Shown in pieces: positions 36,800 through 47,310 of a DNA stretch of 64,000 bases. The DNA is taken from the NCBI RefSeq assembly GCF_035084215.1, contig NW_027139217.1, positions 186,001 to 250,000 on the forward strand, given 5' to 3'. The position numbers and the translations under genes were made by a program. This stretch comes from Heptranchias perlo (Eukaryota). Numbering within the stretch: position 1 is the first letter of the stretch; every line of letters starts with the position of its first letter. The notes below the pieces were generated by a model. The model was given only the letters and a program-made list of their open reading frames with translations. It was not told where the DNA came from and did no database searches.

Positions 36800-39700
36800 A
36801 GACCCGGCCAATGCCCAAGTGATGATCGCCCTGGTGGAGCGACAACTCGCTGACGAGCTTTGGTCAGATCTCCGACGTTCCCCAGGCTGTGTAACCCTGG
36901 GCGACCCCCGAGTCCGAAGAATGGGATCGAATTTCCAGCCGATAATAAAATCAACCAGGGAGCGGAGGGAGGATAAAGCAAGAGGCCGGAGGGAGGAGGA
37001 GCCCAGAGCTTTAGGAGGGGACCAGACCCTATTCCCTCTGCTTCTCCACCCCCAGTGATGGAGCCAGGGCCTGGGACAGAGGGAAGATCCTCCGGGCTGC
37101 CTCCCAGGAGAGCACGGGCTCAATTTCGAGGGACTCAATGTGGATCTTTCAGACTTCCAACAGGAGCAGATAAATGATGCAGTCCTCCAAATCATAAAAC
37201 AAGAGGGAGTAGTGAGAAGTGGGCACCCCACTGAGGGTAAAACAAAAGGTGCGGGGCCTTATTATCCGGTAAAGAATGACCTTCTATACAGGGAGAGTGC
37301 GGGGCAGCAGCAGCAAGTTGACCAGTTGCTGGTGCCACGGACACAGAGGCAGATAGTCCTTGACTTGGCCACAAGCAACTATTCAGAGCTCACCTGGGGA
37401 CAGAGCAAACTCGGGAGGGGCTGTTGAGGTGGGTCTTGTGGCCAGGGGTGGATGAAGTGATCCGGGGGTTCTGTCCCTCCTGTCCACAGTGTCAGCTGTG
37501 TGGGCCCAGGCCTCACTATCACGCTCCATTAATCCCTCTCCCCGGAATTGAGGGGCCTTTCGAAAGGATCGGGATGGACCAGTGGGCCCGCTGGAGGGGT
37601 CAGCGCGAGGTCACCAATATATGTTGGGAGTTGTTGCCTGTTCCAGGCCCGATCCTGAGGCGATTCCACCGAGGATCACGGCCCCTAAAACCATAGCGGG
37701 CGGGTCAGTGAGAGCGTTCCCCGGGGTAGGGATCCCAAAGGACCAGGGACTCCCTCTGTGTCCACACTGATGAAGGGCCTCTGTCCCCTCCTCCATATTA
37801 AAAGTCTGAGGCCCTCCGTGGATCAACCCTCAAACCGAGGGCCGTGTGGAGAGGGTCAGTGGGACCCGCGAGTATGTTCAAAAAGGCCCGGCATAAAGAT
37901 GGGTCAAATCGGGATCCTTCACTGCCCCGTCTCAGGCCTGCAGTCGGGGAGGGGCCTCGGTCAGGGAGGGAGGGGCCTCGGTCAGGGAGGGAGGGGCCTC
38001 GGTCGGGGAGGGAGGGGCCTCGGGGGAGGGAGGGGCCTCGGTCAGGGAGGGAGGGGCCTCGGTCAGGGAGGGAGGGGCCTCGGTCGGGGAGGGAGGGGCC
38101 TCGGGGGAGGGAGGGCGGGGCCTCGGTCGGGGAGGGAGGGGCCTCGGTCGGGGAGGGAGGGGCCTCGGTCGGGGAGGGGAGGGGCCTCGGTCAGGGAGGG
38201 AGGGGCCTCGGTCGGTCGGGGAGGGAGGGGCCTCGGTCGGGGAGGGAGGGGCCTCGGTCGGGGAGGGAGGGGCCTCGGGCGGGGAGGGAGGGGCCTCGGT
38301 CAGGGAGGGAGGGGCCTCGGTCGGGGAGGGAGGGGCCTCGGTCGGGGAGGGAGGGGCCTCGGTCGGTCGGGGAGGGAGGGGCCTCGGTCGGGGAGGGAGG
38401 GGCCTCGGTCGGGGAGGGCGGGGCCTCGGGCGGGGAGGGAGGGGCCTCGGTCCTCCAATAATATTATTGAGCACAGAGTGAAGATGGGGCGCGGATTGAG
38501 GCGGTTCCCCCCATAGTGAGGGCTCATTTCGAGAGGGTGCAGGAAGAGCAGAGAGCCCAGTGTAAGAGAGGCTGCAGTCAGGAGGTTCCGACCAGGAGAC
38601 CGAGTTACGGTCCTCGTTCCCACACCTGAAACAAGCTCTTTGCAGGGTGGCAGGGACTTTAGGAGGTTCTAGAGGCTGTGGGCCCAGTGAACTATAAGGT
38701 CAGGCAACCTCAGAGAAGGAAGCCTGACCAGAAAGACCATGTGCCCCTCCTGAAGCCATGGAGAGAGAGAGGCCCTCGCAGTGATGGAGAAAGCACTAGG
38801 GGGCCCTGGCTCCAAGGTACAAAGCCCAGTTCACCTCTCTAGTGAGCTGCCTGAGGATCAGTGCAGGCAGGCTCAGCACCTGGGAGATGGAACCTGCAAT
38901 GTATTCACATCTGGGCCTGGGAGGACGGGGGCCATCTGCTCTCACCTGGTGACACCACCAGGAGTGACAATAAAGGTCAGACCGGACCGAATCCCAGAAG
39001 CCAAACGGAGGGAGGTTCGCCAGGAGATTCCGAGGGTGTTGATCTTCGGGGTGATTGAAGAATCACGGTGAACGGAGCAGCCCCATTGTGTTGGTTCTGA
39101 ATCCCGATGGGAATTGGCGATTCTGAAATGACTTTCGGAAACTGAATGAGGATTGAAATCCGATGCTTTCCCGATGCCCCGGGGGGATGAGTTGATTGAG
39201 AGATTGGCGAAGGCCCCTTTGATCTTACCCCCTTCGATCTGACCAAGGGGTGCTGGCAGATCCCTTTAACAGAGGCTGCAAAAGGAAACCCGTGTTTCGG
39301 GGTTCCCGAGGGGCTCTCCCATTCACCGTCATGGCATTTGGATTCCATGGGGGCCCAGTCACCTTCCAAAGGCTCATGGACCAAGTGTTGGGACCCCCAT
39401 ACCCGGGGTGCAGCCTCATATCTGGATGATGCCATTATTTATAGTACAGACTGGTGATCCCATTTACCTGGAGTAGAGGCTGGATTACACAGCCTAAGAA
39501 AGATTGGGCTCACGGCAAACCCGGCCAAGGGCCACCTGGTGTTGTCGGAGGCCGACTACCGAGGGTGGGCTGTAGGAGGAGGGGTGGTGAAGTCTCAGGT
39601 AAATAGAGTTGAACCTATAAAAGCCTGGCCCCGACCGAGGAATAAGCAAGTCGGGGCTTTCTTGGGCATCGTTGGTTACTCCTGCCGCTTTATTCCTGCC

Positions 39701-40370
39701 TTTCTCCCCGAGCCGCGCCCCCCACTTACCGAGCGGAGTAAAGCAGAGGCACTGAACCTTGTACGGTGGGACCCTGAGGCGGAGACTGCTTTCAGGGACC
39801 TGAACCAAACACTGTGAATGATCTGAGCTCATGGTCCCAGACTTTAGTCCAAAATTTGTCTTGCAAACCGCTGCCTCCGAGGTGGTTTGGGGGCCGTCCT
39901 CTCTCAAATGGTGAAGGGGGAGGAAATCCTGTGCTCGACCTGAACAGAAAGCTGTTGCCCAGGGGGCAGCGACACGCTACGGCAGAGAAGGAGTGCCCAC
40001 CAATTAAATGGGCGGTAGAAACCCTTAAAACACCACCTGTTGGGGTACCAGCTTCTCCTCGTGACCAATCACGTGCCCCTCAAATGGATGTGGTCCAACA
40101 GTGAGAAAAATGCCCGGGTTACCCGGTGGATTTCATCACTCCAGCCCGATTGTTTCGAGGTGGAACACCGGGCGGGAGTGGCACACGGTAACTCCGATGC
40201 CCTCTCCCGGGAGTATTGCCTCGCGGAGCGAGCAGCTGGAGCCGAGGGGTCTATGATGGGGGGGGAGGATGTGTAAGGGAGGGCCCTGATCCCCAAATAA
40301 GGGAGTGGCCTTTTAAGGAGACCTCCCCTTTAAGAGGAAGGGTGTGGTCCTTTTAATGGGAACACCACCA
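36800..40370 (+). mobile_element. Degenerate Gypsy LTR retrotransposon with Gmr1-like domain order (integrase before RT-RNase H)
   Basis: Integrase QLLVPR...CPSCPQCQ...PLIPLP..EGPFERIGMD (37140-37900) and GPY/F-like C-terminus (~38640-38770). Then RT (GVIEES, DLTKG, TFQRLMDQVL, YLDD at ~39420), then RNase H ending HGNSDALSR (~40200), a purine tract and a probable LTR start tgtgta at ~40270. Confidence 0.88.
37946..38452. repeat. ~22-bp G-rich minisatellite interrupting the Gypsy integrase
   Basis: ggggcctcggtcggggagggag repeats. Confidence 0.95.
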
Positions 40371-40374
40371 CCCG

Positions 40375-41286
40375 CACGTACCCCTCCAAATCACACACCA
40401 TCCCGACTTGGAAATATATCACCGTTCCTTCATCATCACTGGGTCAAAATCCTGGAACTCCCTCCCTAACAGCACTGTGGGAGAACCTTCACCACACGGA
40501 CTGCAGTGGTTCAAGAAGGCGGCTCACCACCACCTTCTCAAGGGGCAATTAATGATGGGCAATAAATGCCGGCCTCGCCAGCGACGCCCACATCCCATGA
40601 ATGAATTTTTTTTAAAAGCACGGAAGACCATTTGACCCTTCTGCCTCTGGAAACAGTTTCTCTTTATTTACTCTCTCAAAACCCTTCATGATTTTCAACA
40701 CCTCTATTAAATCTCCCCTTAACCTTCTCTGCTCGAAGGAGAACAACCCCAGCTTCTCCAGTCTCTCCACATAACTGAAGTCCCTCATCCCTGGAACCAT
40801 TCCAGTAAATCTCCTCTGCACCCTCTCTGAGGCCTTCACATCCTTCCTAAAGTGCGGTGCCCAGAATTGGACACAATACTCCAGCTGAGGTCTAACCAGT
40901 GTTTTATAAAGGTTTTGGTTGAGGGGTTTATAATGTTCACAGGATTCGATAGGGTGAGACGGAGAAACTATTTCCTCTGGTGGGGGAGTCAAGAACGAGG
41001 GGACATCATCTTAAAATTAGAGTGAGGTCATTTAGGAGGGAAATCAGGAATCCCATTTTCACACAAAGGGAAGTGGAAATCTGGAACTCTCTCCCCCAAA
41101 AGGCTGTGGATGTCGGGACAATTGGAGCTTTTAAGACTGCGATTGATCAGAGTTTTGTTGGGTAACGGGATCAAGGGACACGGAGCAAAGCGGGAAAATG
41201 GAGATGAGGTACAGATCAGCCATGATCTGATTGAATGGAGGAGCAGGCTCGAGGGGCTGAATGGCCTCCTCCTGTTCCTATGTTCT
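40375..41286. mobile_element. Cluster of LINE 3' fragments (LINE + 40375-40612; CR1 - 40612-40912; CR1 + 40920-41286)
   Basis: SKSWNSLP...FKKAAHHHLL; LYKTLVRPQLEYCVQFW; SRTRGHHLK...WNSLPQKAV; CR1 tail ggcctcctcctgttcctatgtt. Confidence 0.85.
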
Positions 41287-41313
41287 TCTCTCTGTCACTT
41301 TCTGCAACAAACT

Positions 41314-41506
41314 ACTTTCAGTTCCTTGTTTAATGATCAAATCCTGTTCAGTTCATTCTCCCTGGCAACTGAACATGTACCGAGCAGTATTTCTCTGATT
41401 GGACGGTTCAGGATATTTGGACAGTTTATTTTTACACCGACACAAACTCTCTGGGACTACTCTGGCCGGAGTTTGCTGATTCACAGGCTGCTTTCATTCT
41501 GATTGG
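41314..41506 (+). promoter_or_regulatory. MHC promoter module: ISRE-like site, X box, Y box, second inverted CCAAT
   Basis: actttcagttcc (41314-41325), cctggcaactga X box at 41361, ctgattgg Y box at 41395 (34 nt X-to-Y, the spacing I recall for HLA-DRA), second ctgattgg at 41499. Confidence 0.75.
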
Positions 41507-41548
41507 GCACAAACTGACTGTCGAAGCAAACAACATGGAGGTGACTGA

Positions 41549-42927
41549 GTGAGAGGGAGAGACCAGGAGGTACAGTGTTAGCACAGGGACAGAGAGAGGG
41601 AGAGACCAGGAGGTACAGTGTTAGCACAGGGACAGAGAGAGGGAGAGACCAGGAGGTACAGTGTTAGCACAGGGACAGAGAGAGGGAGAGACCAGGAGGT
41701 ACAGTGTTAGCACAGGGACAGAGAGAGGGAGAGACCAGGAGGTACAGTGTTAGCACAGGGACAGAGAGAGGGAGAGAACAGGAGGTACAGTGTGAGCACA
41801 GGGACAGAGAGAGGGAGAGACCAGGAGGTACAGTGTTAGCACAGGGACAGAGAGAGAGAGAGACCAGGAGGTACAGTGTTAGCACAGGGACAGAGAGAGG
41901 GAGAGACCAGGAGGTACAGTGTTAGCACAGGGACAGAGAGAGGGAGAGACCAGGAGGTACAGTGTTAGCACAGGGACAGAGAGAGGGAGAGACCAGGAGG
42001 TACAGTGTTAGCACAGGGACAGAGAGAGGGAGAGACCAGGAGGTACAGTGTTAGCACAGGGACAGAGAGAGGGAGAGACCAGGAGGTACAGTGTTAGCAC
42101 AGGGACAGAGAGAGGGCGAGACCAGGAGGTACAGTGTTAGCACAGGGACAGAGAGAGGGAGAGACCAGGAGGTACAGTGTTAGCACAGGGACAGAGAGAG
42201 GGAGAGACCAGGAGGTACAGTGTTAGCACAGGGACAGAGGGAGGGAGAGACCAGGAGGTACAGTGTTAGCACAGGGACAGAGAGAGGGAGAGACCAGGAG
42301 GTACAGTGTTAGCACAGGGACAGAGAGAGGGAGAGACCAGGAGGTACAGTGTTAGCACAGGGACAGAGAGAGGGCGAGACCAGGAGGTACAGTGTTCGCA
42401 CAGGGACAGAGGGAGGGAGAGACCAGGAGGTACAGTGTGAGCACAGGGACAGAGAGAGGGAGAGACCAGGAGGTACAGTGTTAGCACAGGGACAGAGAGA
42501 GGGAGAGACCAGGAGGTACAGTGTTAGCACAGGGACAGAGAGAGGGAGAGACCAGGAGGTACAGTGTTAGCACAGGGACAGAGAGAGAGAGAGACCAGGA
42601 GGTACAGTGTTAGCACAGGGACAGAGAGAGGGAGGGACCAGGAGGTACAGTGTTAGCACAGGGACAGAGAGAGGGAGAGACCAGGAGGTACAGTGTTAGC
42701 ACAGGGACAGAGAGAGGGAGAGACCAGGAGGTACAGTGTTAGCACAGGGACAGAGAGAGAGAGAGACCAGGAGGTACAGTGTTAGCACAGGGACAGAGAG
42801 AGGGAGAGACCAGGAGGTACAGTGTTAGCACAGGGACAGAGAGAGGGAGGGACCAGGAGGTACAGTGTTAGCACAGGGACAGAGAGAGGGAGAGACCAGG
42901 AGGTACAGTGTTAGCACAGGGACAGAG
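41549..42927. repeat. 43-bp minisatellite between the promoter and the class I start codon
   Basis: gagagaccaggaggtacagtgttagcacagggacagagagagg, ~32 copies. Confidence 0.98.
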
Positions 42928-42992
42928 GAGACCGTCTCCTGGAAAAGGATTTCCCACAAACTGCTCATCCCAGCCTGTCGAGGGAAGCAGCA

Positions 42993-43041
42993 ATGATTGG
43001 ACTGATAGTTCTGGTCGTTCTGTGTGGAGGGGTCTCTGCAG
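42993..43041 (+). CDS. MHC class I alpha chain exon 1 (signal peptide)
   Basis: ATG...MIGLIVLVVLCGGVSA G|gtgagt. Hydrophobic leader with a phase-1 donor. Confidence 0.88.
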
Positions 43042-43738
43042 GTGAGTAATGGGGTCTGAGAGGGGCTCAGTGCCAGGCTGGGTATTGGGGCATTAACCCT
43101 CGGTCAGTGGGTAATGGGGTCTGAGAGGGGCTCAGTGCCAGGCTGGGTATTGGGGCATTAACCCTCGGTCAGTGGGTAATGGGGTCTGAGAGGGGCTCAG
43201 TGCCAGGCTGGGTATTGGGACATTAACCCTCGGTCAGTGGGTAATGGGGTCTGAGAGGGGCTCAGTGCCAGGCTGGGTATTGGGGCATTAACCCTCGGTC
43301 AGTGGGTAATGGGGTCTGAGAGGGGCTCAGTGCCAGGCTGGGTATTGGGGCATTAACCCTCGGTCAGTGGGTAATGGGGTCTGAGAGGGGCTCAGTGCCA
43401 GGCTGGGTATTGGGGCATTAACCCTCGGTCAGTGAGTAATGGGGTCTGAGAGGGGCTCAGTGCCAGGCTGGGTATTGGGGCATTAACCCTCGGTCAGTGG
43501 GTAATGGGGTCTGAGAGGGGCTCAGTGCCAGGCTGGGTATTGGGGCATTAACCCTCGGTCAGTGGGTAATGGGGTCTGAGAGGGGCTCAGTGCCAGGCTG
43601 GGTATTGGGGCATTAACCCTCGGTCAGTGGGTAATGGGGTCTGAGAGGGGCTCAGTGCCAGGCTGGGTATTGGGGCATTAACCCTCGGTCAGTGGGTAAT
43701 GGGGTCTGAGAGGGGCTCAGTGCCAGGCTGGGTATTGG
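43042..43738. repeat. 65-bp minisatellite starting at the intron 1 donor
   Basis: gtaatggggtctgagaggggctcagtgccaggctgggtattggggcattaaccctcggtcagtgg, ~10.5 copies. Confidence 0.97.
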
Positions 43739-43834
43739 AGAGAGAGAGACCATGATTGAAGGGGTGCTGGAAACAGTGTGATAGAGGGAGAGACCATGGG
43801 GTGGAGTGAGGAATGGGGGGACACGGACACACGC

Positions 43835-44678
43835 AGCACAACTCCATTTTCCCCCTTTGCTCCATATCCCTTGATGTCCTGACCCAACAAAAATCGATCA
43901 ATCTCAGTTTTGAAAGCTCCAATGAACCCCCAGAATGCTCAGCCTTTTGGGGGAGAGAGTTCCAGATTCCCACCACCCTTTGTGTGAAGAAATGCTTCCT
44001 GGTTTCACCCCTGAACGGCCTGGCTCGAATTTGAAGATTCCGTCCTCTTGTTCTTGTCTCCCCGACTAGACGAAGTAGTTTCTCCGTATCTACCCTATCA
44101 AATCCTTTTAACATTTTAAACACCCTCGATCAGATCACCCCTCAATCTTCTAAACTCGAGGGAATACAAGCCTCGTCTGTACAACCTGTCCTCGTAATTT
44201 AACCCTTTTAGCCCCGGGATCATTCTGGTGAATCTGGGCTGCACCCCCTCCAAGGCCAATCTATCCTTCCTGAGGTGCGGTGCCCAGAACTGAACACAGT
44301 CTCCAGATGTGGTCTGACCAGAGCTCTGCACAGCTGGAACATAACTTCCTCCCCTTTGTATTCCAGCCCCCGAGATAAAGACCAACGTTCCATTAGCCTT
44401 TCCCAATCCTTTTTGTATCTCTCCACTGGCTTTTAATGATTTCTGTACTTGGACTCCCAAATCTCTCTGTTCCTCTCCAGTTCCTAGTTTCTCACCGTGT
44501 AGAAAATACTCTGATTTATCTTTCTTCGGTCTAAAGTCGATGACCTCACACTTTCCCACATTGAACTCCATTTGCCCCAGTTTTGCCCACTCACTTAATC
44601 TGTCTCTGTCCCTTCACAACTCCCTGCTCCCGTCTACACTATTTCCTGTCCCTCCTAATTTAGTGTCGTCAGCAAACC
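43835..44678 (-). mobile_element. CR1 LINE 3' fragment
   Basis: MEFNVGKCEV...; RRLRGDLIE; TRTRG...WNSLPQKA. Confidence 0.9.
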
Positions 44679-45578
44679 CAGGCCCCTCTCCCTCAGTCTG
44701 TCAGGGGGTGTGTTACCCCAGGCCCCTCTCCCTCAGTCTGTCAGTGGGTGTGTTACCCCAGGCCCCTCTCCCTCAGTCTGTCAGGGGGTGTGTTACCCCA
44801 GGCCCCTCTCCCTCAGTCTGTCAGTGGGTGTGTTACCCCAGGCCCCTCTCCCTCAGTCCCTCAGTGGGTGTGTTACCCCAGGCCCATCTCCCTCAGTCTG
44901 TCAGTGGGTGTGTTACCCCAGGCCCCTCTCCCTCAGTCTGTCAGGGGGTGTGTTACCCCAGGCCCTTCTCCCTCAGTCCCTCAGTGGGTGTGTTACCCCA
45001 GGCCCATCTCCCTCAGTCTGTCAGTGGGTGTGTTACCCCAGGCCCCTCTCCCTCAGTCCCTCAGTGGGTGTGTTACCCCAGGCCCCTCTCCCTCAGTCTG
45101 TCAGTGGGTGTGTTACCCCAGGCCCCTCTCCCTCAGTCTGTCAGGGGGTGTGTTACCCCAGGCCCCTCTCCCTCAGTCTGTCAGTGGGTGTGTTACCCCA
45201 GGCCCCTCTCCCTCAGTCTGTCAGTGGGTGTGTTACCCCAGGCCCCTCTCCCTCAGTCTGTCAGGGGGTGTGTTACCCCAGGCCCCTCTCCCTCAGTCTG
45301 TCAGTGGGTGTGTTACCCCAGGCCCCTCTCCCTCAGTCTGTCAGTGGGTGTGTTACCCCAGGTACCACTCCCTCAGTCTGTCAGGGGGTGTGTTACCCCC
45401 GGCCCCTCTCCCTCAGTCTGTCAGGGGGTGTGTTACCCCAGGCCCCTCTCCCTCAGTCTGTCAGTGGGTGTGTTACCCCAGGTACCACTCCCTCAGTCTG
45501 TCAGGGGGTGTGTTGCCCCCGGCCCCTCTCCCTCAGTCTGTCAGGGGGTGTGATACCCCAGGCCCCTCTCCCTCAGCC
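44676..45578. repeat. 40-bp minisatellite
   Basis: caggcccctctccctcagtctgtcagtgggtgtgttaccc, ~22 copies. Confidence 0.98.
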
Positions 45579-45675
45579 TGTGTTGTGTTGATGTGGAGTT
45601 GCCGGTGATGGACTGGGGTTGACAATTGTAAACAATTTTACAACACCAAGTTATAGTCCAGCAATTTTATTTTAA

Positions 45676-45716
45676 ATTCACAAGCTTTCGGAGACTTCCT
45701 CCTTCCTCAGGTAAAT
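45676..45716 (-). ncRNA. Minimal type I hammerhead ribozyme motif in a Penelope-like element end (~45590-45723)
   Basis: Minus strand AUUUAC CUGAGGA A GGAG-gaagu-CUCC GAAA GC UU GUGAAU. Stem I AUUUAC/GUGAAU, core CUGAnGA...GAAA, stem II GGAG/CUCC, palindromic AGCU in place of stem III. Confidence 0.7.
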
Positions 45717-45771
45717 GTTCAGGGACTCTGTGTTGTGTTGGGGATTATTTACAGGGAGTCTGTGTTATTTT

Positions 45772-46294
45772 GTTGGTTCATGCCCTGATCTCTCTCTCTC
45801 TCTCTCTCTCTGGGGTTGGTGTTTTGGGGTTGGTGTTTTGGGGTTCATGCCCTGATCTCTCTCTCTCTGGGGTTGGTGTTTTGGGGTTCATGCCCTGATC
45901 TCTCTCTCTCTCTGGGGTTGGTGTTTTGGGGTTCATGCCCTGATCTCTCTCTCTCTGGGGTTGGTGTTTTGGGGTTCATGCCCTGATCTCTCTCTCTGGG
46001 GTTGGTGTTTTGGGGTTCATGCCCTGATCTCTCTCTCTCTGGGGTTGGTGTTTTGGGGTTCATGCCCTGATCTCTCTCTCTCTGGGGTTGGTGTTTTGGG
46101 GTTCATGCCCTGATCTCTCTCTCTCTGGGGTTGGTGTTTTGGGGTTCATGCCCTGATCTCTCTCTCTGGGGTTGGTGTTTTGGGGTTCATGCCCTGATCT
46201 CTCTCTCTGGGGTTGGTGTTTTGGGGTTCATGCCCTGATCTCTCTCTCTCTGGGGTTGGTGTTTTGGGGTTCATGCCCTGATCTCTCTCTCTCT
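45772..46294. repeat. ~42-46-bp minisatellite abutting the exon 2 acceptor
   Basis: ggggttcatgccctgat(ct)n ggggttggtgtttt, ~12 copies. Confidence 0.96.
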
Positions 46295-46303
46295 GTGTTT
46301 CAG

Positions 46304-46564
46304 GCTCTCACTCTCTCCGGTATTTTCTGACCGCAATGACCCCGATCCCTGGTCTGCCGGAGTTTGTTGCTGTCGGGTATGCGGACGAGGCCCAGTTTGT
46401 GATGTACGACAGCGAGCGGAGGGAGTTGATCCCACGGCTGTGGTGGATGGAGGAGAGGGAGGGGCCCGAGAACTGGGAGCGGAAGAAACAGCTGGTGCGA
46501 GGCGAGGAACAGTGGATGAAGGATTATATTCAGATCCTCCTGACCCGGACCAACCAGTCGGTCG
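46304..46564 (+). CDS. MHC class I exon 2 (alpha1 domain), shark UAA-lineage-like
   Basis: tttcag| GSHSLRYFLTAMTPIPGLPEFVAVGYADEAQFVMYDSERRELIPRLWWMEEREGPENWERKKQLVRGEEQWMKDYIQILLTRTNQSVG |gtgagt. 261 nt, with the NQS glycosylation site. Confidence 0.97.
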
Positions 46565-46607
46565 GTGAGTTCACTCCCTCCCAACGCACTCGGGCTCTTC
46601 CTGCGGA

Positions 46608-47150
46608 GTCAGGGGGCGGAGAGCGGGGTCAGGGAGCGGGGAGCGGGGTCAGGGAGCGGGGTCAGGGAGCGGGGAGCGGGGTCAGGGAGCGGGGAGCGGG
46701 GTCAGGGAGCGGGGAGCGGGGTCAGGGAGCGGGGAGCGGGGTCAGGGAGCGTGTCGGGGAGCAGGGTCGGGGCGGGGAGCGGGGTCAGGGGTCGTGGTCG
46801 GGGAGCGGGGTCGGGGCGGGGTCAGGGGTCAGGGAGCTGGGGCGGGGAGATGGGTCGGGGAGTGGGGTCGGGGTGGGGAGCGGCGTCAGGGGGCGGGGAG
46901 TGGGGTCAGGGGGCATGGAGTGGGGTCAGGGAGTGAGGTCAGAGGCAGGGAGCGGGGTCAGGGAGCGGGGTCAGGGGCGGGTAGTGGGTCAGGGAGCGAG
47001 GTCAGGGTGCAGGGAGCGAGGTCAGGGGGCAGGGAGCGGGGTCAGGGGGCGGGGAGTGGGGTCAGGGGGCATGGAGCGGGGTCAGGGAGCGAGGTCAGGG
47101 GGCAGGGAGCGGGGTCAGGGGGCAGGGAGCGGGGTCAGGGGGCGGGGCCA
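46608..47150. repeat. G-rich degenerate repeat (ggggtcagggagc)
   Basis: Runs of gggagcggggtcagg. Confidence 0.9.
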
Positions 47151-47159
47151 GGGGTTGAC

Positions 47160-47250
47160 ATGCGATATTCTGACGGTCATGGACTCGGACCAACCAGTCG
47201 GGCGGTGAGTCCTCGGCCTCAAACCGCACTCGGGCTGATCCCGGGGTCAG
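47160..47250 (+). pseudogene. Relic 3' end of a second, divergent alpha1 exon plus donor site
   Basis: gatattctgacggtcatggactcggaccaaccagtcgggcg|gtgagt...cgcactcgggct aligns with 46526-46596. Confidence 0.8.
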
Positions 47251-47310
47251 GAGTGGGCAGGGCTGCTCCCCCTGGAAGTGAGGAAGTTCCACCCCCTCCC
47301 CCACTGTGTG

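Noticed and set aside
42946-42955. NF-kB-like site aggatttccc before exon 1
   Set aside because: An imperfect single 10-mer, too weak to call.
44540-45608. Pro-rich ORFs of ~290-340 aa (likewise 37758-38516, 49837-50496, 55905-56574)
   Set aside because: They are translations of minisatellites.
46336-47208. 290-aa single-exon ORF
   Set aside because: It is MHC exon 2 reading through its donor into a G-rich intronic repeat.
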